A DNA stretch of 64,000 nucleotides from Eledone cirrhosa (Eukaryota), in the NCBI GenBank assembly GCA_964016885.1, contig OZ024741.1:284952001-285016000 (forward strand). Reading direction: 5' to 3'. Under the pieces are notes generated by a model. That model saw nothing but the letters and a program-made list of their open reading frames with translations. It had not been told where the DNA came from and searched no databases. How positions within the stretch are numbered: position 1 is the first letter of the stretch; each line of letters starts with the position of its first letter. This document shows positions 12,278 through 26,529 of the stretch, piece by piece. The position numbers were made by a program, and so were the translations under genes.

Positions 12278-14674
12278 CAGGTTGAGAACTACTGGAGATC
12301 TGTATGGGAAACGGATGACGGATTCAACAGACAAGCTAATTGGCTAAAACAACTGGAACAGGACTACTGCCAACATGTCCAGACAAAACAATATGACATA
12401 GATTGGTCAATACTGGAAACAGCTCTACAGAAAATGTCGAATAGGAAATCGCCAGGCCCAGACCTCATTACAGGATACTGGTTGAAGAATTTCACTTTCT
12501 ATCGGCAAGATCTCATACGGCTGTTTACAGAAACCATTAAGGGCACACAAGAACTGCCCAGATGGTTATCAACTGCCACTACTCTCCTCATTCCCCAAAA
12601 TAGCCAAACCACCCTTGCTAAAAATTACCGCCCAATTGCCTGCCAAAACATCATGTATAAATTATATACTGGGTGCCTTAACCTGTTCTTACAGGATCAC
12701 TGTGCTACCAACAACATCATAACACCTGAGCAAGCTGGTGGAAAGAGGGAGGTCTGGGGTTGCATAGATCACCTACTAACTAACAAAATGATTCAGGAAA
12801 AAACAACAAAGAATCGCAGAAACATGACTGTCGTGTGGCTGGACTATCAAAAAGCATTTGATAGTGTACCTCATGGGTGGATTATTAAGGCTTTACAGTT
12901 AGCTAAAGTCCCACAACCATTAGTAGCTGCTGTTGAACGCCTGACCAAGAACTGGTACACCAATTTGATCCTTAGAGGTGAGAAGGAGCAGGTTAAGACT
13001 GATAGGATACATTACCAGAAGGGCATCTTTCAGGGTGATAGCTTGTCAGTACTACTCTTCGTTCTCTCACTGAATCCACTATCTTACCTACTCAGGAAAC
13101 AAGGTGGACAAAGAAGTGGGCCCAGAAGTATCTCCCATCTTTTCTTTGTTGATGACCTGAAGTTGTATGGGCCAAATATCAATGACATCAAGAAACAATT
13201 GGACCTCATTACACAATTTTCAACCGACATCAAAATAAAATTTGGTGAGTCCAAGTGTGCATATTTGGCAGTAAAACGTGGAAGAGCTGTGCCCTCCTCT
13301 AGAAATCTAGATATGAACGGCCTGACAATACAACCTGTGCAGTCAGGTGACAACTACAGATATCTTGGACAGGATGAGAATGTCAGATATGATGGACCCA
13401 TAAATAAGGAGAGAACCAGAACTGAATACCTCAGAAGAGTAAAAAAAATATGGTCATCAGAACTGTCAGCATACAACAAATACATTGCCCACAATACCTA
13501 TGCTGTGCCAATTATAACGCCAACATTTGGCCTACTGAACTGGTCATTGCAAGAACTAAGTGAGATGGATGTTAGAACTCGTAAACTTCTCAGTGTTACT
13601 GGGAACTTTAACATCAATGGTGATGTGGATAGGCTATACTTCTCACGCAAGGAAGGTGGCCGGGGTCTAAAATCAATATTAACAACATATGAGACCCGGA
13701 TAGTAACACTGAAGCAACACCTTCAACAGAGGAAAAAGGTTGGCGACCATCTTGCTCAGGTTTATGAGCATGAAAAAAGAAATATTAGAATAGCGACTGA
13801 TCTGGAGGAGAGATATGGAATAAAGCCTGATATAAATCTCTCACCCAGAGAAATCGGAAGATCCTATTCAATGTTCAAACAAGAAAAAAAAATTGACCAA
13901 TTTACAGAGAAAGTTGTGCATGGATACTTGAGGCGTAAAACACAGACCATAGAGGGGATAAACCACTCAAAAAGCCTGGCATGGAGTTCCGACAAGTTTA
14001 TGACATCACACCTTGAGGGATATCTCTATGCAATACAGGAACAAGAACTCCCTACCAAATATCTGCTGCACAAAAGAGGAGGGCCAGCAGCTGACAATAA
14101 ATGTAGGCTATGTAAAACAAAGATCGAGGATGTAAGCCACATTGTTGCCAGCTGCGAAAGAATGTCATCTCGCTACTACCTCCCCATGAGACACGATGGG
14201 ATAGCTAGAACTATCTGGAACGCACTTCGGAAAACAAAATTAACAACAAACGAGGAAGAATATATTGAGACAGATGGCACTAAGGAATACTGGTGGAACC
14301 TGAAAATAAAAACTGCCACCAAATTAAAGCACAACCGGCCTGATATTGTAGTTTGGGACCACACATTGAAAACGTGTTCTGTTGTGGAGATCAGCTGCCC
14401 ACTTGATGTAAACGTTGTCAGAAAAATACAGGAGAAGGAGGACATCTACGGACCATTGATGAGGAGCTTACAAATCCAGTATCCAAGATACACCTTTAGC
14501 TTCATACCCATCATTATTGGTGCTACGGGTTATATACCAACCCGCTTGGACCAAAGTATGACCGAACTTGGATTTGCGGACAAAAAGCGCAGCTCCCTAA
14601 TTCATAGTCTACAAATGGCTGCGATAGCTGGCACCTTCAAAATATGCAAAACATTCTTGCGATTCAAGGGATGA
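12278..14674 (+). CDS. R4/Dong-clade non-LTR retrotransposon ORF (RT, CCHC, RLE), 5'-truncated but uninterrupted
   Basis: [41 protein letters not shown]-x2-C...H...C, RHD, RPDIV..D, E..CP; frame is open from 12278; short 3' UTR to about 14756 with hairpin GCCACC/GGTGGC. Confidence 0.95.
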   Translation, partial: QVENYWRSVWETDDGFNRQANWLKQLEQDYCQHVQTKQYDIDWSILETALQKMSNRKSPGPDLITGYWLKNFTFYRQDLIRLFTETIKGTQELPRWLSTATTLLIPQNSQTTLAKNYRPIACQNIMYKLYTGCLNLFLQDHCATNNIITPEQAGGKREVWGCIDHLLTNKMIQEKTTKNRRNMTVVWLDYQKAFDSVPHGWIIKALQLAKVPQPLVAAVERLTKNWYTNLILRGEKEQVKTDRIHYQKGIFQGDSLSVLLFVLSLNPLSYLLRKQGGQRSGPRSISHLFFVDDLKLYGPNINDIKKQLDLITQFSTDIKIKFGESKCAYLAVKRGRAVPSSRNLDMNGLTIQPVQSGDNYRYLGQDENVRYDGPINKERTRTEYLRRVKKIWSSELSAYNKYIAHNTYAVPIITPTFGLLNWSLQELSEMDVRTRKLLSVTGNFNINGDVDRLYFSRKEGGRGLKSILTTYETRIVTLKQHLQQRKKVGDHLAQVYEHEKRNIRIATDLEERYGIKPDINLSPREIGRSYSMFKQEKKIDQFTEKVVHGYLRRKTQTIEGINHSKSLAWSSDKFMTSHLEGYLYAIQEQELPTKYLLHKRGGPAADNKCRLCKTKIEDVSHIVASCERMSSRYYLPMRHDGIARTIWNALRKTKLTTNEEEYIETDGTKEYWWNLKIKTATKLKHNRPDIVVWDHTLKTCSVVEISCPLDVNVVRKIQEKEDIYGPLMRSLQIQYPRYTFSFIPIIIGATGYIPTRLDQSMTELGFADKKRSSLIHSLQMAAIAGTFKICKTFLRFKG

Positions 14675-14756
14675 CAATTTCTTTTCTTTTACAACCTTGC
14701 CACCAGGAAGGTGGCCGGTCAAAAAAATATACTCGAAATTAAGAGAAAGAGAAAAC

Positions 14757-16171
<1,415 letters not shown>

Positions 16172-16833
16172 AATTAGACAATTATCAAAGTTGTGTTCAA
16201 ATCATTTAATAGCTGACAATCGTTTTTCCAAACTTTCGTTTGGAACCATCGGAGCATTATCAATGTTTGTACATATAGTTAACCTCCTATCCAACTGAAC
16301 AATAATATAGATACATATATATTGATGTTGTGAGCAACAGTTTCGTATTTATATGATGTACTGGATGCGACACTTATTAAACCAGAATTGTACAATAATT
16401 CAAATTAAAGTACAGAGTGGAATACATGCAACTGATAATACAAGAGAATAGTCTAATAATTAAAGAGTCATCGAGAAAGAAGCATTGAGAGAGGAATAGT
16501 ACATTAGCAGTACATATGCAAGTGTGTAGAAAGTGCACATGCGTTAGTCATATATATGAGAAGGAAATAAGCAAAGGTATTACGCATATATAGATAAATA
16601 AAAACAGTGTGGTAAGCAAATATGTTAATGTATTAAAATCTATGGCAGATGTAATATGTTGATAGTGTTTGAATTTGTGTGTTGAGAAAACAAAGTTATT
16701 GCAGTCCTTTCCATTACATATGTTGAATTATATTTTAGTTAATGTTTATATTGAATGTTTTAATTTAGTTACAGCAATGGATTGTAAATTAGTCTTATTG
16801 GATTCTTATTCATGGATTAGAGCTGTTCAACAG
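16172..16833 (-). mobile_element. Probable Penelope-like 3' region with a degenerate hammerhead (16212-16254)
   Basis: Minus strand GCT-CCGATGG-TTCCAAAC-GAAA-GTTTGGAA-AAACGATTGTC-AGC then ATTAAA; bounded by microsatellites. Confidence 0.5.
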
Positions 16834-16857
16834 GTACATACATACACATATATATAC

Positions 16858-16891
<34 letters not shown>

Positions 16892-16936
16892 ATATATACA
16901 TACATATATATATACATACATATATATATACATATA

Positions 16937-16993
<57 letters not shown>

Positions 16994-17127
16994 ATACATG
17001 CATATATATATATACATACATATATATATATACATACATATATATATATACATACATATATATATATACATACACATACATACATATACATACATATATA
17101 TACATACATATACATACATATACATAC

Positions 17128-17228
<101 letters not shown>

Positions 17229-17239
17229 AAAATATTTAC

Positions 17240-19480
17240 TGTAGAGTAAGTATTAACTGCCCTTCAAATGGTCACTGCCTCTCTAGGAACATTGTTTATG
17301 CTTGTGAAGTTAAGACTGATTCTTCTAATAGCACATATATAGGCTCCACATCTAATACTTTTAAAACTAGGTTCAATTCTCATATCTCTAATTTTAAGCA
17401 TGTTAAGTTTAAGAACTCTACTTCTTTAGCACACCATATCTGGGATCTTAAAGGGGCAGGCATGCCATACAGCCTTAATTGGCGTATAGTAGCACGCTCT
17501 AATAACCTATCAACACACACTAAATTCTGTAATCTCTGTATCCTAGAGACTCACTCTATAATTTCCTCTAGGGAAGTTTTGCTTAATAGAAAGTCTGAAA
17601 TATTTTCTTCCTGCCCCCATGCCATTTCTAATTCTTTCTTCTATTATAGACCTAAAAGTTCTGGTAGTTTAAATCCTATCCATTAACTGCTATATTTCCT
17701 TATCTTTTTTTGTTTAGGTTCATTTTGATTACCATCATCTTTATTATTATTAGTTTTTTTACTACTTTTCGATTTTAGTTTCCATAGTCTTTTGGCTACC
17801 ATACCCTATCTATCGTCTTAAGCATTATTATAGTTTCACTACTAACACCTTATGGGTTTATATCTTATTAAATACTTTGGTTGGAGTCTCATTCAACTAA
17901 TGTACCTCCACCTCTACACACTTAATATCCGCCCCTTCTATTATACTATATATAAATTTCACCTTTATGCTCCTTTTATGATATTATATAATATATTGAT
18001 TTTACTTTTATGCTCCTTCCTATCCTCCATAACCTCTCTTCTTTCTGTTCCCATTGGTTTACCATAGTTCTATTTAGAGTCCTTTTATTTGATAACGTTA
18101 TTCGACTGAACGGAGCATATTTTACTCTATTCTTGATAATTTTATTGAAATATCTCAAACTTATACGTTTTTGATGACTTAAACTATAACCAATTTTGAA
18201 GTGACTAAATATGTATTTTAAATACTTTTAATATTAATTAATTTAAAAAGGTTTTCTAGTCAATTCGCCGCTTACATTTCTATCTCTTCTTTTACTTAAC
18301 CGCTTGTGACACCTAAGTAAATATACTTGTTTTTGTTTTTCGATCTTCGGTTTATTTTATTTATTTTTTTACTACCACACGCTGTTCATTAATATATGTC
18401 TGTGTATCTCAACCACGTAAATATTTATTAAGCATTTCCTTAGACTCTGTTTGATATTTGATATTAATGTTGTTATATCATATAATTTTTATGTAATCGT
18501 ATTATAGATTTTAATATATGTTATTTGAAGTACTGTTCTTTTATATTTCGTAATATTTTGTGATATTTTGGTAATACTTATGCCAATGTAAAACGACTTG
18601 ACCTCCGTGTATTTGTTACAATGGTATAGATATTTTTTTCAACACAATTTTTTCAACACTATTTAGTTCTATATGATTTTTTTCTTACTCTGTGTAAAAC
18701 TTTATACTATTTGTTAACCTTGAATTATATATATGATGTAATTTTATATATCTTTTGATGCCAATATAATATAATATTGTTATTATAATGTTATTATAAT
18801 GTTTTTATATTGTTTATGCACACTGACAGGGAATTATATATTATATTTTATTTTTATTTTTATCTTTATTATTATTTTTATCTTTATTATATTATACTGT
18901 AAACAATATATATATATATATTTAAATACTTAATAACTGTTAGTTTGTGTTTGTACTAATGTATATATGTATATATATATATATATATATACATATATTA
19001 AGCTTTTTATTATCACCATCTATTATATTATATTATATTCTATATTGTACTGTAATTCTCGCATTATATTACCATTTGTGTTTCAAGTTTTTGCATTATA
19101 TAATATTTACAATGTGGGTTCAACATGTTAATCACTTCGTTGCTATTTGGTCTATATCTATGTCTGTAACTGCTCACTCTTAATCTTAGCCTACTTTTCC
19201 TTGATATCCTTCCCGGGCTTTAATAGATGTATACTCCATATTCTTCTGAGTTTTTGGCTTGTATTGGCCGATAGTGCTTCTTGTAGCTTTACTTGCCCTG
19301 ATGAGTCCTTAATAGGACGAAACATTGTTGGCTAATAAAGACTTTTGATGTATTGAAGGCTTCTTTGGTTTATTTTTTATAATTCTTCGGCTCTGTTTAA
19401 TTACATTGAGCTATATCTTATACTGTCATTTCTATAATATGAAGAGGGTATTTAACTCCAACACACTCTAGTATTTTAAT
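17240..19480 (+). mobile_element. 5'-truncated Penelope-like element: GIY-YIG (17255-17686), long AT-rich 3' region, hammerhead
   Basis: In-frame [17 protein letters not shown]...[16 protein letters not shown]...W.I...CNLC..E...LNRKSE...CPH; hammerhead at 19295; TA flanks. Confidence 0.85.
19295..19332 (+). ncRNA. Minimal type I hammerhead ribozyme
   Basis: GCC-CTGATGA-GTCCT-TAAT-AGGAC-GAAAC-ATT-GTT-GGC; its 3' half recurs at 49361-49430. Confidence 0.88.
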
Positions 19481-19483
19481 TAT

Positions 19484-19515
<32 letters not shown>

Positions 19516-19557
19516 CATACATATATATATACATACATATATATATGTATATATATA

Positions 19558-19615
<58 letters not shown>

Positions 19616-20280
19616 TATATATATATATATATATATGTATACATATATGCATATATATATATATATGTATATATATGCATATATATATGTATGTATGTAT
19701 ATATATATATATATATATATATGAATGAAAGGTATAGAAAATATTGTAGCAAAAAGCCAACAGTATTCCATAATATATAAGTGAATATAGCGTCAAAATG
19801 GGAAAAATAGTTAACGTAAGATGTAGGAAAAATAATTCAAACTCAACTCAAAAAGAATCAGGATATAGATTCATCCAACAGAATTTAGTGAAATCCAGGG
19901 AAAAATCAATTGAGCCTTAACTCATGATAAAATAAAGTTTAAAATACTCATCCTTCAATTTGGGACAACTACAAATGCTCTTGAAGACTATTTCACGAAA
20001 ACTTTCAGTGGAGATGGTCACGGTTGGAATTCGATCCTCAGCAGAGCTCAACTCGATAGCCAAATTTCTCACTGATTAATATGCCAAAAAGGGAATTAAA
20101 AGCAGGCTAGTTTACCATCATGCGTGATTATGAAAATAAAACGCACATGTGGAAAGACAGGGCTGGTGACGTCAGAATGATACGAATGTTTGTTTACAAG
20201 AAACAACAGTCAAAAACATTCTGAAAAAAAAACTCTACAACAAGGAGTTCAGCAAAAAGCAATATTATCGCGGTTTAAAA

Positions 20281-20341
<61 letters not shown>

Positions 20342-20535
20342 GAATAAAGTTAGTCCTTCATCAGTGATCTTCCAACCATCATCGGTATTTCATCGCTTCA
20401 AAGACCATATACCTCCGGTTGGTGCGAGCAACGGCTAAAGAAAGTCGTTGGGACACGTAAATAAAGGGAACAGCGAGAGTGTAAACGAACAAAGATCGTA
20501 AAGCAACGAAAAGTGAGGAAGAACGAGTCAAGTCC

Positions 20536-20635
<100 letters not shown>

Positions 20636-20682
20636 CATATATATATATATATATATAAATATACATATATACAAATATACAT

Positions 20683-21225
20683 GGTGGCTGCCAACTCGTT
20701 TTCGAGTACGGCCACTACTTTATATCCATGTAGGAGAACCCCTACCGATGCGCTGAATGTGTGTGACTTTTTAGTCCAGCCAGCGACTTGAAAACTCTGG
20801 TACAAACACTACACTTGTGACAATTATTGACACATAGTGCAGGGCCCATGGTACCATGTGACGACAAGTGCAGAGAGATCTCCAGATATAAAGTAATGCC
20901 TGTGTCGTGAAGCCTTTATAGTGAGGCCAGTCCCACTCTCTTAACCGAGATAATATTTACCAAAAAAAAAGAACAAGTCAACATCATTGGATACCATCAG
21001 GGTTGCAGGTGTTATATCAGAGTTTTCCTTCTCCTAGAATTCTGCCTTGACAAAAGCTAAGGGGTCATCTCTCCCGGTGATTTTGGATGGCCATTGACTC
21101 TTAAGAGCTCTTTTTCCCTTTGACAGATTTTGTTTTTAGTCCTGCAGGATGTCCAAAGTCACCCTCCTCACCAAGAAACGTTGGTGGGGTTGCCAGTTTA
21201 GTCGCCAACGACCCGACCATGAGAC

Positions 21226-21226
<1 letters not shown>
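20683..21226 (-). mobile_element. Bipartite non-autonomous RTE-derived retroposon, copy 3
   Basis: Similar to copy 1 with a small internal deletion. Confidence 0.82.
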
Positions 21227-21256
<30 letters not shown>

Positions 21257-21311
21257 CATACATACATATATATATATATACATATGTATATATATATATA
21301 CATACATATAT

Positions 21312-21913
21312 GGTGGCTGCCAACTCGTTTTCGAGTACGGCCACTACTTTACATCCATGTAGGATAACCCCTACCGAAGCGCTGAACGAGTGTGACTTTT
21401 TAGTCCAGCCAGCGACTTGAAACCTCTGGTACAAACACTACACCTGTGACAATCATTGACACATAGTGCTAGGCCCATGGTAGGACAATTATTGACACAT
21501 AGTGCTGGGCCCATGTGAGGACAAGTGCAGAGAGATCTCCAGATATAAAGCAATGCCTGTGCCGTGAAGCTTTTATAGTGAGCAAAGGCACTGCACAAAG
21601 CCAGTCCCACTCTCTTAACCAAGATGCTATTTACCAAAAAGAAGAACAAGTCAACATCATTGGATACCATCAGGGTTGCAGGTGTTATATCAGAGTTTTC
21701 CTTCTCCTAGAATTCTGCCTTGACTAAGGCTAAAGGGGTCATCTCTCCCGGTGATTTTGGATGGCCATTGACTCTTAAGAGCTCCTTTGCCCTTTGACAG
21801 GTTTTGTTTTTAGTCCTGCAGGATGTCCAAAGTCACCCTCCTCACCAAGAAACCTTGGTGGGGTTGCCAGTTTAGTCGCCAACGACCCGACCATGAGACA
21901 GGTTGTACTGGGA

Positions 21914-21917
<4 letters not shown>
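21312..21917 (-). mobile_element. Bipartite non-autonomous RTE-derived retroposon, copy 4
   Basis: Similar to copy 1 with a short internal tandem duplication near 21447-21514. Confidence 0.82.
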
Positions 21918-21944
<27 letters not shown>

Positions 21945-22008
21945 ACATACATATATACATATATATATACATACATATATATATACATACATATATATAT
22001 ACATATAT

Positions 22009-22098
<90 letters not shown>

Positions 22099-22171
22099 AC
22101 ATATATACATATATATATTTTTATATATATAAATAAATATACACGAGTGTGTATGATTGTGTATAGAAGAT

Positions 22172-22548
22172 TATATTAATAAAAGGAATTCCAACTTTGA
22201 TGATTTACTCGTTTTATTTACAATCATTTAAAATTATGATATCATAATGAAATAGTTTGGTAGAATGTTAAATGTTAAGTGTTAATTGAACAAGTACTTT
22301 CATGCTTTCGCAATCTTCAGGTTCACATTCAGTGGTGACAGTCATGTTTGCAATTTTCAACTGTGAAAATTGCAAACATGACTGTCACCACTGAATATGA
22401 ACCTGAAGATTGCGAAAGCATGAAAGTACTTGTTCAATTAACACTTAACATTCTACCAAACTATTTCATTATAATATCATTATAATTTTAAAGGATTGTA
22501 AATAAAACGAGTAAATCAGACAAAGTTGGAATTCCTTTTGTTAATATA
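22172..22548. repeat. Fold-back with 4-nt loop (22360-22363) and a hammerhead in each arm (22287-22325 minus, 22398-22436 plus)
   Basis: TGAAC-CTGAAGA-TTGC-GAAA-GCAT-GAAA-GTAC-TT-GTTCA; arms differ by small indels. Confidence 0.88.
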
Positions 22549-22593
22549 TTTATATATATATATACATACACACACATATATATATATATATAT

Positions 22594-22635
<42 letters not shown>

Positions 22636-22749
22636 TTCCTCGGGTATGGTTTGCTGATTTGTTAACTAACTCTATACTGAATTCGTCCTCTGGACTCGGT
22701 GTTCTATTTACTACGGATATAACCGCCCACTTTTTTGCCACTGTGTGTG

Positions 22750-22786
<37 letters not shown>

Positions 22787-22872
22787 CCCGCATTATTCTT
22801 TAGTGCGGGTGAAACATAATGTAAGAATTGTATAAATAATTTGTTATAACAGCTAGCGACTCCTTCATTTAT

Positions 22873-22941
<69 letters not shown>

Positions 22942-22945
22942 ACTG

Positions 22946-23026
<81 letters not shown>

Positions 23027-23063
23027 CATAAAAATATGTATAATCTACAAGTATAGCTTTATT

Positions 23064-23348
23064 ATAAGTATGTACACGTACATACATATATGTATACCGA
23101 CGTACAGTAGTATGTATATATATATATACATACATGCACACATATATATATGCACGTATGGATTCACCGAACATTTATTATAATGTATATACATACTACT
23201 GTACGTCGGTATACATATATGTATGTACATGTACATACTTATATTTAAGTAACAGCCGTACTAAGAGTGGGAAATGAAATATCGTTTCATTTTTTCCGTT
23301 TATCGTTTTCGGTGCACCCGGCCGATTAACCCACTCGATATGCAAATT
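23064..23348 (+). mobile_element. Retrozyme-like family R1, partial copy with inverted segment
   Basis: Homologous to 47685-48111 and 53828-54668; inverted arms 23064-23120 and 23186-23242. Confidence 0.75.
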
Positions 23349-24253
23349 TAGATTGAGAATAATGGAATGTAAAATAGGAAAATATAAAGAACATTTTTTA
23401 TCCTCCCATCTACCTCTTCTCCTCCCTTTCTATGCCTTACCCATTTCTATTTTCCAGTCATATTATTTCCTTCTAACTGCTAGCCTGCATAGACGCAGCC
23501 ACCATTTGTCAAACAAAATGAAGCGATACGATAGGAAATAAATGATAAATGGTTGGATGAGTCCCTGCCAGCTATAACAAACATAAATTGAAATTTTTAA
23601 AGCGTTTCATTAAAATAAATTTAAGAATACGCATTTGAAAAGATAATGAAAAATTATCATTATTATTATTTTCTTTGGTCTGTCAAGACGCATGTGGATA
23701 TCGCTCCGTAAGTGTTGTTATCTTCAAGTGTTTACATTGCACTCATTGTTATATTATATTTTTGTTACAAACTGTTAATAAGGTGCCACAAATTACCCTG
23801 TGTTAAGGCGAACCCATAATATTTGAGCCTTGGGTCCAAATATTTGGACTTTAAATTGTTTTTACAAATAATTTTTCGTTTATAAAATATGGACAGAATA
23901 CGACCCCTCTCATTGAGCCAGCTGTCACTGACAGTGACTCCAGTGTTGAGGCGAATAGCGCCGCCCCTCCCACAAAAATGTTCAGCTGTAACACCACACT
24001 GGGCAGTATCGCTTACACCAACACCAACAACAGCGACAACAGCACCAACAACAATTGTCAGTTTTCGTTTTTGTGTGAACCAGCCAGCCAACGATCCATC
24101 AAACATTTCTCTTTTATATTATGTATAGATTACTTGTATGTATAGACGTCTAGCATTTATTCAGTACATATAACTCTTCTACATTTGATTTGAACTCAGA
24201 GGAAACAAGCACCAACGAGCATTTGACCATTTCATATAAAGCACCTAGCATAA

Positions 24254-25362
24254 TCTATACTATAAAGCTGACGGCCGTGTGTAGGTAACAAACTTCCCGC
24301 CAAACGGCTGGACCAAACAGCACCAAATGTGCACCATAGATGTAACTTTTTCCAAGTAAGAAAGTGAGGGTATTTTTGTCTACTGAATTTTGTTAAAAAC
24401 ATTATTTAAATATTCACTTCTTTAAAATTTCAAATGTCATCACTTCCGGTTATACGTCATTCCTCATTTCTTCTCACGTCGCACAACATTCCTCTCTTTT
24501 TCTTAGTCTGTCTTTTTAGATAGATACATAGCTATAACGTAGCGCCCTTATAATATGTCTCTGTATGTCTGGCTGTCTGCATTAGATAACGCTTTTCGAA
24601 ATATTTACTTCTGCGTTCACAGACGGATTTTTTTAGTTTCAGAAGATCCCGTTAAGAGTGAAAGCAGCGATTCTTTGCTTAAACTTTAATCTGTTATTTT
24701 AATATATATATTCGTGTACAGATATTTTTGCATACACAAAAACAAAAACCTATTTATTTGACGAAAGCACAGACGGCTTATCGTCATTGTTACTGTTCGA
24801 GGTTAGAGGACTACAGTCTTTCCAAGATCTGAGAACCATCAATGGCCATCAATGTTCCAATTACCGTTTGGCTTGCCAGATGCGTAGTATGTTAGACGAT
24901 GACAGCCATTGGCACCTCACCCTGCAAGAAGCAGCAACTGCTAAAGTCCCTTCTCAACTGCGAAAACTTTTTGCTATTATGCTGCACAACTGCGATCTCG
25001 CCGACCCTCTCGCACTGTGGAACAACCATCGTGAAAGTCTAGCTGAGGACGTCCTCCACCACACACGCAGACACAATCCAAACGTAACATACGATGTCGT
25101 TTTCAATGAGGCGCTCATTTGTCTTGAAAACAGTGTCCTGGAGATTGGAGGTAGGCCTCTAAGTCACTACAGCTTACCTGCTCCTGACAGGAGTGCCCAG
25201 AGGTCAACGTCTACAGAGCTTCTCTGCGAGACGAGCTACGAAATCAGTGATTCTCCCATGGTCAATTGTATGCAGGATGCTCTAGGGAGAGCTCGCCAAA
25301 CAATCTCTTCATCTTTGCTCCGGAGGGCCGAACAAAAAATATTGTATACTCTGAGGCTCTAA
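24254..25362 (+). mobile_element. Helitron remnant with RepHel coding fragment (24787-25240); 3' end not defined
   Basis: 5' A|TCTATACTATAAAG; VRG..SF.DLRT.NG, ACQ...L.DD..W..TL.EA, P.QLR.LFA.ML..C....P..LW match the Rep-to-helicase linker of Helitrons. Confidence 0.85.
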
Positions 25363-26529
25363 CAATGTAATTTAAATATTTTCTGTTACTTGGAATTTCC
25401 ATTATAGTTGTACAAATTATTGTTTGTTAAAACAATTGTTCTCTGTTCAGTCTTTATTGTTGTAACTATCAATTTTCTTTAACGTACTGGCTGCTGAACT
25501 GGGGAATCCTAAAAACTATTCAAACCCAACATCAGAGCACGTTAACCCCCCCTCCCCCACGCACACACACCTCTCGCTGACTTGAGAGGGCGTGCGGTAT
25601 CTTTGTACTGAAAAGATAAAATGCCGGTATACCTAGCTGGGCGCCAGCCGGACGGTCGAGGGTCTATATATCATAAATATCATTACGTCGGCATAATACA
25701 TTTCTAGTTACATTAACAATTTAATTTTCATAGAACAGGGCCTTCCAGCAATTGCTTTGAATTGTAACGTCGTCAATGTTTGATGCTACAAGAAATATAT
25801 ATTTTTGTAAGTAAGACAATAGAACCGTGTGGAAATGGAAGCACCAATTGAAACATAAGTTTTAAATCTCCGAAGCCGTTTATGAAAGTATTGAAGAAGA
25901 AAAGAAAACACACTTCGATCTTCCGACGTGGAAGAGGCTCCTATCAGAAGAAACCGTCACCGAATCATCATTTTTCTTACCTCTTGTACAAACCTGGCTG
26001 GACACAGAACACTGCACAAACATTCTAATAGTTCTATAGAGTTATGAAATAATACATATGAAGAAGCCATAGATGACGAACATCATTAAGTAATGTCAGT
26101 TTCGTGAGGAGATAAAACGCCTCCATTCTTTTGAAGGAAAAAACAAAAAAAATGAGTATAAATCCTGGAAAACTGTAAGTCCGGTATTGAAAAAAAAAAA
26201 AAAATCACCAGGGATTGACACTCCAAATTCACTATTCTCCTTTTACTTTGCTCCACTTTTCAAATTAAATGACACGACGGTTCAGTTATATTCAAATATT
26301 GTAAGCGCGTCCATTGAGAATATCGTCTATGGCAAACTGCTCAGTTGCTCGCATGTGTGCGTGCTGAACTCTGGGTCTTTCCGCTGGGAACAACCCCTTG
26401 TTTTCTCCCGCCCCCCTTATTTTGTGTACATCCATCCACTCATTCATTTACTGCCATTCTACCTTCCTGTGTCTCCCCCTCCATGCAGCCCCTTTTCGCT
26501 CTCGTTTTCTGGCACCTCCATATATATAT

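Noticed and set aside
23765-24128. Overlapping ORFs of 113 and 79 aa
   Set aside because: No motif; 23765-23842 resembles 55841-55915 in reverse complement, so it is probably an old dispersed repeat.
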